A stretch of 32,144 nucleotides of DNA from an uncultured Candidatus Saccharibacteria bacterium (GTDB taxonomy: Bacteria > Patescibacteriota > Minisyncoccia > GWC2-36-17): NCBI GenBank assembly GCA_964354925.1, contig CAYHBU010000001.1, forward strand, positions 1 to 32,144, written 5' to 3'. Of the stretch, positions 26,230-32,144 are shown piece by piece. How positions within the stretch are numbered: position 1 is the first letter of the stretch; each line of letters begins with the position of its first letter. Below the pieces are notes generated by a model. The model saw only the letters and a list, made by a program, of their open reading frames with translations, ran no database searches and had not been told where the DNA came from. The translations under genes and the position numbers were made by a program.

Positions 26230-27987
26230 CTACTCACCTATAAATCCATGGCTTTGTTGCTGCCATAATTTATAATAATAACCTTCCTTTTTCAATAAAT
26301 CAGAGTGCGTACCTTCCTCCGCCATTTTACCCTTATCAAAAACTATAATGCGATCCATTTTTTGTATCGTGCTCAAACGATGAGCTATCACAATAGTCGT
26401 GCGTCCTCGCATTAAATCATCAAAAGAATCCTGAATGTATTTTTCAGTTATTGAATCGAGAGAGCTGGTTGCCTCATCAAGTATGAGAATTGGCGTATTT
26501 TTGATCATGGCTCTGGCGATGGCGATCCTTTGTCTTTCCCCACCGGAAAGCTTAATCCCTCTCTCGCCGACATAAGTATTATAACCATGAGGAAATCCCT
26601 GAATGAATTCATGCGAATGAGAGCGTTTAGCCACATTAATCATATCCTCCTCATTCGCATTCGGATTAGAGTACAACATATTCTCTTTTAATGTTCGATG
26701 AAAAAGTATTGGATCCTGCGGCACGTAGGCAATTTGCGAACGCAAGTCATCCTGTCTTAAATTAGCGATATTTTGGCCATCAATCAAAATTTCTCCGCTG
26801 TTTATATCGACAAATCGCAATAAAAGTTTGGTCAGAGTTGTTTTTCCGGAACCAGAATGTCCAACCAATCCTATTTTCTCTCCAGGCGCGATATAAAGCG
26901 ACAAATCGCTAAACACTGGATTACTTTTTTTATAAGCGAAAGAAATGTTATTGATTTTTATTTCCCCTTTTTGTATTCTGCAATCTTCCGGATTTTCAAT
27001 ATCTTTAATCTCAATCGGCTTTTCAAAAATATCCACCATTTCTTGCGCTTCTGCGACAGCGCGCATAACTCTTGTCATATTGCGGCCAATATTCCATACC
27101 ACATCAAATGATGTAAACACATAGATTTGCATTAAAATAATGACTCCCGCCGAAATCGTGCCGTTGATCCAGAGATAAACAGCGACAAACATACTGACAA
27201 ATTCAAAAAAAGCGATGAAATATCCCTGAAACAGAAATTGTAAATTCTGAAAATACCAAGCCTGTCTTCGCCTTTTTTCTTCTATATCAGTCGCCTCGGA
27301 AAAATAAGAAATTTCCCTATCTTGCGAAGAAAACATCTTGACATTTAATATATTCGTGAGAATATCCGCTAAAATGCCCGTAACTTTTGAATTTGCCTCT
27401 GCAGTCAATAAATCTTTTTTAAATTTTTTCTTTACAAAGATAACAATAACTAAAGCATAAATAGCAACCCAAACAAACAAAATCGCGCCCAAAATCCACG
27501 AATAGTAAACTAATACCGCAAAAGCAAAAACAAGGCGCAGGCCGCTCATCCACAAAGCAAATACAATATTATCATGCATCGTTTCAAAAGCGCTTACATA
27601 GCGCCTCATTTTAGCGACCAATGATCCTGAAAAAACACCTGAAAAAAATTCGTATGAATGGCGCTGAAGTCTCGCGAGCGCATCATCAGTAATGTCTTTC
27701 AACGCATGACTTTGAGAATACGCCATGGCATAATCGGCTATTCTATAAAATACATTAGCGACAACTAAAACACCGCCGAGCATTAATACTGTTTTTATGA
27801 GCATCGCTGATACCAATTCCGGCGCCGAAGCATTTGTTATAGTATCAATGATTTTCTTATAAATAAGAGGCACTCCTATACTGCCCGCCGCCACCGCTAA
27901 AGCATAAGAAACAAACACGAGAATCGCGCTTTTTTTATACCTTTTTATATGTGGCCAATAATATTTGAATATTAATTTAATGTTCAT
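26230..27987 (-). CDS. ABCB-type exporter half-transporter (TMD-NBD)
   Basis: 585 aa. Walker A GHSGSGKTT, signature LSGGERQR, Walker B ILILDEATS. Confidence 0.9.
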   Translation of the reverse strand: MNIKLIFKYYWPHIKRYKKSAILVFVSYALAVAAGSIGVPLIYKKIIDTITNASAPELVSAMLIKTVLMLGGVLVVANVFYRIADYAMAYSQSHALKDITDDALARLQRHSYEFFSGVFSGSLVAKMRRYVSAFETMHDNIVFALWMSGLRLVFAFAVLVYYSWILGAILFVWVAIYALVIVIFVKKKFKKDLLTAEANSKVTGILADILTNILNVKMFSSQDREISYFSEATDIEEKRRRQAWYFQNLQFLFQGYFIAFFEFVSMFVAVYLWINGTISAGVIILMQIYVFTSFDVVWNIGRNMTRVMRAVAEAQEMVDIFEKPIEIKDIENPEDCRIQKGEIKINNISFAYKKSNPVFSDLSLYIAPGEKIGLVGHSGSGKTTLTKLLLRFVDINSGEILIDGQNIANLRQDDLRSQIAYVPQDPILFHRTLKENMLYSNPNANEEDMINVAKRSHSHEFIQGFPHGYNTYVGERGIKLSGGERQRIAIARAMIKNTPILILDEATSSLDSITEKYIQDSFDDLMRGRTTIVIAHRLSTIQKMDRIIVFDKGKMAEEGTHSDLLKKEGYYYKLWQQQSHGFIGE

Positions 27988-28134
27988 TTTTTAAACAATT
28001 TTTTATGATTTCGGGATGAAATATTTGCCTGTTATTATAGTAATTAATTATACATATTATAAAACGCTTTACCAGCATGCATTTTATAAACTGCTAAACA
28101 TTCATCTATCTTCAGTGCCCAAATAAAAACGGCA

Positions 28135-28167
28135 ATATTTTTTATCTTGCCGTTTTTTAAATTTTAT
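28135..28167. terminator. terminator hairpin after the mini-ORF
   Basis: AAAAACGGCAA / TTGCCGTTTTT stem with an 11-nt loop, 10 nt beyond the mini-ORF stop (28177). Confidence 0.55.
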
Positions 28168-28176
28168 ATCTTGTCT

Positions 28177-28317
28177 TTAATCATTATCTTCATCAAAACA
28201 AGCACTCCAACCCCTGGATGGCTTTGGCCTTATTTCTTTATTGCATTTTCGGCAAAAATATTTGCCATCATCATACTCAACATTTTCTCCGCAAGCACAA
28301 GTAATATATCCTTTCAT
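28177..28317 (-). CDS. 46-aa zinc-ribbon-like mini-protein (below the ORF-track length cutoff)
   Basis: ATG at 28317 is preceded by TAAGGAGGTCGAGTC (strong SD, 7-nt spacing). Peptide: MKGYITCACGENVEYDDGKYFCRKCNKEIRPKPSRGWSACFDEDND. It has a CxC...CxxC arrangement and an acidic tail. Confidence 0.6.
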   Translation of the reverse strand: MKGYITCACGENVEYDDGKYFCRKCNKEIRPKPSRGWSACFDEDND

Positions 28318-28351
28318 GACTCGACCTCCTTATATTTTTAAAAGAGCAACT

Positions 28352-28650
28352 AAAAAAACCTCTCGTCCTTTTACCCGAATTAAAAAATTCAGACAAAAGG
28401 ACGAGAGGCTTCAAGACACTATCCCGTGGTGCCACCCTTTTTCAGGAAACAAAAAAGCGCTTACGGAAGCGCCAATTAAATTTCCGCTCATCGACTCCAT
28501 CTTTACAGACGACATCGATTACCCCATGATTACGGAGGAAACCGGGCCTTCACTAACGCAAAGACCATCTTTTCGCTATTAAGCGAGTAAATCAGACCCA
28601 ACCCCGGATACATCCGGGATCTGATTTGTAGATTTTGTAATTTTCAAGAA
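28352..28650 (-). promoter_or_regulatory. T-box riboswitch leader (tRNA-sensing transcription attenuator)
   Basis: The minus-strand RNA has AAAAAGGGUGGCACCACGGG (28442-28423), matching the T-box consensus AANNNGGGUGGNACCRCG. An antiterminator can be drawn: A1 AAAAGG/CCUUUU, bulge UGGCACC, A2 ACGGGA/UCUCGU. It competes with a 14-bp terminator (28359-28372 / 28395-28408) followed by U7. A Stem III-like GCGCUU-ccgu-AAGCGC hairpin lies at 28457-28472. AGCGA (28573-28577) and AGUGAAGG (28547-28554) resemble AG-bulge and distal-loop motifs. GAUGAGC (28486-28492) resembles a K-turn. Confidence 0.8.
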
Positions 28651-28659
28651 CATTATAAT

Positions 28660-28687
28660 CTTATATCTTATATCGTTATTTTGTCAA
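28660..28687 (-). promoter_or_regulatory. candidate promoter of the T-box leader
   Basis: Minus strand TTGACA (28687-28682), 16 nt, TATAAG (28665-28660). A TATAAT (28657-28652) lies just downstream as an alternative -10 box. Confidence 0.45.
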
Positions 28688-28702
28688 GCGTTATCATCTT
28701 TT

Positions 28703-30400
28703 TTACGCTCTCCCCAAAACCCTGACAATAGAACAGTATCTTTTTACTTCTTTAAGAGCCTCTGTCAAATCAGCGCTTTCGGGCAAGCTCTCGACTTCAA
28801 GAAAAAAATAATACCCCCACCCATCGGCATCGGATCTTCTTGAGTAAAGTTTAGATAAGCTCAATCTTTTATTTGCAAAACAATCCAAAATATCACGCAA
28901 CACTCCACAACGGTCATAAACCGCCAAGATAACAATGGTCTTATCAGCCTTCAACACCTTGCTTATGTCAGGCACTTCTTTTTTTGCTAAAACATAAAAT
29001 TGCGTTGTATTTATTTTTTTATCTTCTATATTTTCAACCAATAATTTTAAACCGTATTTTTTGGCAGCTGCACTGCTTGCTATAAATGCCACCTCTTCGT
29101 CCTCTGTAGATAAAATGGCTTTTACGGAGCTCGATTCCGCCTCCAATTTTGCATTGGGGAAATTTTTGCTTAGCCAATTACGAGATTGCGCGATTGGCTG
29201 AGCATGAGATTTTATAACTTTTATCTTTGACAAATCGTTAGTCCTGCCCAATAAACACAAATGAATCGGGAGGTTGTACGATCCCACTATTCTCAATGGA
29301 TATTTGATTAAATTGTCGAGTGTTTCTTGCACCAATCCCTCTGTTGAATTCTCTATCGGCACAACACCAAAATCAGCATCTCGATTGTCTATTATTTCAA
29401 AAACCTTAGCGATTGTCGGAGCTACTATCCAGGAGGAATCCCTTGAAAAAATATTTATTGCTGCTTGATTAGAAAAAGTCCCCTCCGGCCCCAAGTAAGC
29501 AACCTTGCTGCCACTCTTTAAAAAATTTATTTTTCCGGAAAACTTTTTTATCTCAATCGGCTGTTTATCCATTAGAGAAATAATCTCAACGGATTTTGCT
29601 TGGGCAACGGGAATAAAATTCTCCATAAAAGAAGATGCCTCCTTAAAATCTTGAATAAATTTTTTCTTATTCTTCTTTTCAATATAAGAAATAAATTTTT
29701 GGGTTTCTTTTAAGTATTGTCTGGCTATTTTCATAAAAGCAGGATTTTCCATCTCTAGGTCTGCATAAAGCTCCGGGCTTCCTCCTAAAACGCGTCCAAC
29801 CAACATACTTTGAAGCCTAAATACTGGCGTTGAGTAAACATTGGATATATCGAACTTTTGATCCTGTATTGTTTTTGCAAATATTATATTAATAAAATGG
29901 GTCAAAGCCTGCACAACAGCCATTTGACTATCGTGATTTTTGGGATCAGTAAATACTACCCTGGCCCCATTTTCTTCAAAAATCTTTTGTAAAAATCTTA
30001 CCCAACGATTTTCTCTGCCCTGACAGAATACAACAATTTGCGACTTCAAGCTGGGAACCAACGGACCGAATAACGGATGAATACCTAAAACTCCACATCT
30101 ACTTTTAGATTTCATCATTTCTTTCATCGACATTTCCTTTACTGATGTAAAATCACAAAGCAACGCGTCTGGACGCACAAAATCTCGAATTTCTTTTATG
30201 ATTTTTTTGGTCTCAGAAATGGGGACGGAAACGATTATTATATCCGATTTTTCCGTTAATTCTTTTGCTGTTAGCTCAGTTTTTCTGCCCGATATCAAAA
30301 CATTGAACCCCTTATCTTCAAAAAAACCCTTAAACCAATTGCCAAATCTTCCAGTTCCGCCGATTATTCCTATGACCGGTTTTTGATTTTTCATTATCAT
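28703..30400 (-). CDS. bifunctional prephenate dehydrogenase / prephenate dehydratase with C-terminal ACT domain
   Basis: N-terminus: IGIIGGTGRFG Rossmann fold and GIHPLFGP (TyrA). C-terminus: VAYLGPEGTFSNQAA and TTQFYVL (PheA PDT domain), then an ACT-like region (GVLRDIL...YSRRS). Confidence 0.85.
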   Translation of the reverse strand: MIMKNQKPVIGIIGGTGRFGNWFKGFFEDKGFNVLISGRKTELTAKELTEKSDIIIVSVPISETKKIIKEIRDFVRPDALLCDFTSVKEMSMKEMMKSKSRCGVLGIHPLFGPLVPSLKSQIVVFCQGRENRWVRFLQKIFEENGARVVFTDPKNHDSQMAVVQALTHFINIIFAKTIQDQKFDISNVYSTPVFRLQSMLVGRVLGGSPELYADLEMENPAFMKIARQYLKETQKFISYIEKKNKKKFIQDFKEASSFMENFIPVAQAKSVEIISLMDKQPIEIKKFSGKINFLKSGSKVAYLGPEGTFSNQAAINIFSRDSSWIVAPTIAKVFEIIDNRDADFGVVPIENSTEGLVQETLDNLIKYPLRIVGSYNLPIHLCLLGRTNDLSKIKVIKSHAQPIAQSRNWLSKNFPNAKLEAESSSVKAILSTEDEEVAFIASSAAAKKYGLKLLVENIEDKKINTTQFYVLAKKEVPDISKVLKADKTIVILAVYDRCGVLRDILDCFANKRLSLSKLYSRRSDADGWGYYFFLEVESLPESADLTEALKEVKRYCSIVRVLGRA

Positions 30401-30404
30401 TATC

Positions 30405-30710
30405 TCAATTATGAGATTTAACTTTAACCTTTTTAATGATTTTATGTTTTTGCCTTACTGATTTGATAATTAAATTAAAAATTTTATCCACCACATTTTT
30501 ATCAATTCCTAATTCTTTTGCCCATAATCTTCTTTCTGTGAACATTTCCTGCTCCCTGACGGGGTCTTTTACCGGCAAATCATATTTTGCCTTATATTCT
30601 CCCACTTTTTCGGTTAATCTGAAGCGCTCAGCCAGAACAAAAATCAATTTTCTGTCTATTTTATCTATATTTTTTCTGAATTTTTTTATGCTTTCAACTT
30701 TTGTTTTCAT
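30405..30710 (-). CDS. chorismate mutase, AroQ class
   Basis: 101 aa. RKNIDKIDRKLIFVLAERFRLTEKVGEYK and DPVREQEM are typical AroQ helices. Confidence 0.8.
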   Translation of the reverse strand: MKTKVESIKKFRKNIDKIDRKLIFVLAERFRLTEKVGEYKAKYDLPVKDPVREQEMFTERRLWAKELGIDKNVVDKIFNLIIKSVRQKHKIIKKVKVKSHN

Positions 30711-30716
30711 ATTTTA

Positions 30717-30935
30717 TCATATCCTACTTAACCATTTATCATATTTTTTAATTTTTCCGCGAACAATCTCAAAATATATTTTTTTAAATTGCGCAGTAAC
30801 CTCGCCTTCTCCCCCATTGCCGATTTTTATTTTATCTATTTGCCCTATGGAGTTTATTTCAACGGCTGTACCAACAAAAAACGCCTCATTAAATTTACCG
30901 TTGAACCAAATATATTTTCCACTGTCCATGGGCAT
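30717..30935 (-). pseudogene. C-terminal remnant of a class IV (branched-chain/D-amino-acid) aminotransferase
   Basis: EAFFVGTAVEINSIGQIDKIKIGNGGEGEVTAQFKKIYFEIVRGKIKKYDKWLSRI aligns with the last ~55 aa of IlvE-type enzymes (E-x-F-x-TGTA-x-E-I-x-P, then IG-x-G, then the C-terminal W-L). No upstream ORF supplies the missing ~230 aa. Confidence 0.55.
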
Positions 30936-31108
30936 CTTATTAAAATGATGTATGAAATTTACCTTATTTAAAATATTTTTACAATAAAATCAATTGGAAA
31001 TTAATAGCCACTCGGTCTGGACATCGCCCACTATTTGCCTTAAAATTTATACAGTGCTGTTCCTTTATATAAACCAACACAACACCAAATACAGCCACGG
31101 AGGTCCCG

Positions 31109-31717
31109 ATGAAGATACTGAATGTATTCTTTGCGATCTTTTTGTTATTTCTAGTTTCCGGTTGCGCATTCTTGATGCCGTCAACAACAACGAAAACAAA
31201 TTCTCCATGGGAAGACTACGCTAGTATCAAACAAGTATTTGATACGATAAAGCCATACCAGACTACCATGGAAAATCTCAAAGAAATGTCCATTAATCCT
31301 TACGTGACGCCCAATACGCGCATCATCAACGCTCTGACAATCAAAGACATGTTCACAGACAATAAATTGGTGCCGACGGACAGTCTGCCGGACGGAATAA
31401 AAGATTGCTTCAAAAAAGAAAATTTTGACAGATGCATTGGATTCGAGTATTCATACAAAAACACCAAAGAAAAAGGTGTCGGCAATCTGCCTCTTAGGAT
31501 GTTTGCCTTCAGAAAAGAAAATCGCTTTACCGGCCACGATGTTAAATTCTATATTTTCCTGAAATACAGCGAGGAGATAAAAAATTACATCGTAGTCTAC
31601 AAACTAATACCAGAAGGAGATACTGCCGGAAAAGACGAAACGAGAATAGAAAAAAGGCCCCTGGGATTCCTCCAGGAGCCGGCCGACTTTGTGAGGGATC
31701 GCATTGTCCCTAAATAA
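31109..31717 (+). CDS. lipoprotein, function unknown
   Basis: Signal peptide with lipobox MKILNVFFAIFLLFLVSGC. SD GGAGG lies 5 nt upstream. Confidence 0.7.
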   Translation: MKILNVFFAIFLLFLVSGCAFLMPSTTTKTNSPWEDYASIKQVFDTIKPYQTTMENLKEMSINPYVTPNTRIINALTIKDMFTDNKLVPTDSLPDGIKDCFKKENFDRCIGFEYSYKNTKEKGVGNLPLRMFAFRKENRFTGHDVKFYIFLKYSEEIKNYIVVYKLIPEGDTAGKDETRIEKRPLGFLQEPADFVRDRIVPK

Positions 31718-31722
31718 ACCCA

Positions 31723-31760
31723 CACCCATCATCTGACAAACAGATGATGGGTGTTTTTTT
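31723..31760. terminator. bidirectional terminator
   Basis: CACCCATCATCTG-acaaa-CAGATGATGGGTG followed by T7, between convergent genes. Confidence 0.8.
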
Positions 31761-32136
31761 ATTCGCTGGGAATGCGTTTTGATATTTTTATTATTTCATC
31801 AAAATTATCATCCGGCGCAGCCTTGTTCTTCTTCTTGTGCCCGCATTTAATGCATTGATGGATGATGCTGTATTCCATGCCTTTTATCTCTATCTCTATC
31901 GGCTTCATCATACCGCCACATTTTGCCTCCCTATCTCCCGGGTTAATGTCAACGTGTTTAGACCAAAGGCAAAAAGGACAGTGGTTGGTATACCCACTGC
32001 CTTTTGTTTCCTTGCCGCAATTCTCACAAACAAAATCTTCTACTTTTTTTACGAATTTACCGCTCATATTTTGATTAATAGCTACAGAATACCGCCGTTG
32101 AGATGACTGTTGTCCAGAGACCCTCTTTATTGCCAT
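31759..32136 (-). CDS. RNHCP-domain zinc-ribbon protein
   Basis: CENCG...GYTNHCPFCLWSKHVD...CGG...CIKCGH: the RNHCP-type motif with multiple CxxC pairs. Confidence 0.7.
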   Translation of the reverse strand: MAIKRVSGQQSSQRRYSVAINQNMSGKFVKKVEDFVCENCGKETKGSGYTNHCPFCLWSKHVDINPGDREAKCGGMMKPIEIEIKGMEYSIIHQCIKCGHKKKNKAAPDDNFDEIIKISKRIPSE

Positions 32137-32144
32137 GAGCAGTT

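Noticed and set aside
28533-28553. Plus-strand GGAGGAAACCGGGCC, resembling the RNase P RNA conserved GAGGAAAGUCCGGGC segment
   Set aside because: Only this short stretch matches. A full RNase P RNA would have to extend into the tyrA-pheA CDS. The complementary strand is convincingly a T-box leader.
28241-28582. 113-aa plus-strand ORF in the track, and the shorter ORF at 28147-28341
   Set aside because: Both lie antisense to the T-box leader, its terminator and the SD-preceded mini-ORF. Neither has an SD, and the composition is explained by the structured RNA on the other strand.
28589-28626. Hairpin AAAUCAGA-UCCCGGA..UCCGGG-guugg-UCUGAUUU, considered as an ultrashort T-box Stem I with a GUU/UUG/UGG specifier in its 3' bulge
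   Set aside because: It lacks K-turn and S-turn features, and the codon context (following base) is poor for UGG. It may simply be the 3' hairpin of the tyrA-pheA transcript, so I left it unassigned within the leader.

Overview
AT-rich bacterial chromosomal segment with small, tightly packed operons. The gene content suggests an uncultured small-genome lineage such as Patescibacteria/CPR, but that is inference only. I call about 39 protein-coding or decayed loci. I recognised no rRNA, tRNA, CRISPR array or transposase. Content by position: (i) 163-3764, a minus-strand operon of a PaaK-like adenylate-forming ligase, an E1/ThiF-like adenylyltransferase and a tandem nitroreductase; a decayed partial second copy of it lies at 14485-14986. 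(ii) 7698-9017, an anSME-like radical SAM/SPASM enzyme preceded by an unannotated 49-aa Cys-free peptide (C-terminus AWGKGIGGGYPWRKK), with a hairpin between the two genes; this is a candidate RiPP locus. (iii) Six Nudix hydrolase genes, two of them about 93% identical paralogs, plus an ITPase-like gene, a short pyrophosphatase-like gene, a dTMP-kinase-like gene, a LOG/TIGR00725-like plus phosphoribosyltransferase operon, and hisS/hisG. (iv) A RelE/ParE-type toxin-antitoxin pair placed directly upstream of an M16 peptidase, and an Hsp70-family ATPase. (v) Two convergent ABCB-type exporters. (vi) 28177-28687, a clear T-box riboswitch on the minus strand (GGGUGGCACCACG core, antiterminator/terminator alternative). 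It appears to control only an unannotated 46-aa zinc-ribbon mini-protein and sits beside an aroQ / tyrA-pheA fusion operon. (vii) Three genes (a Nudix, hisS, the ITPase-like gene) are each broken by an apparent 1-nt indel, and two further gene remnants are present. This means either real gene decay or consensus sequence errors. Most antisense ORFs in the six-frame track are shadows of the real genes.
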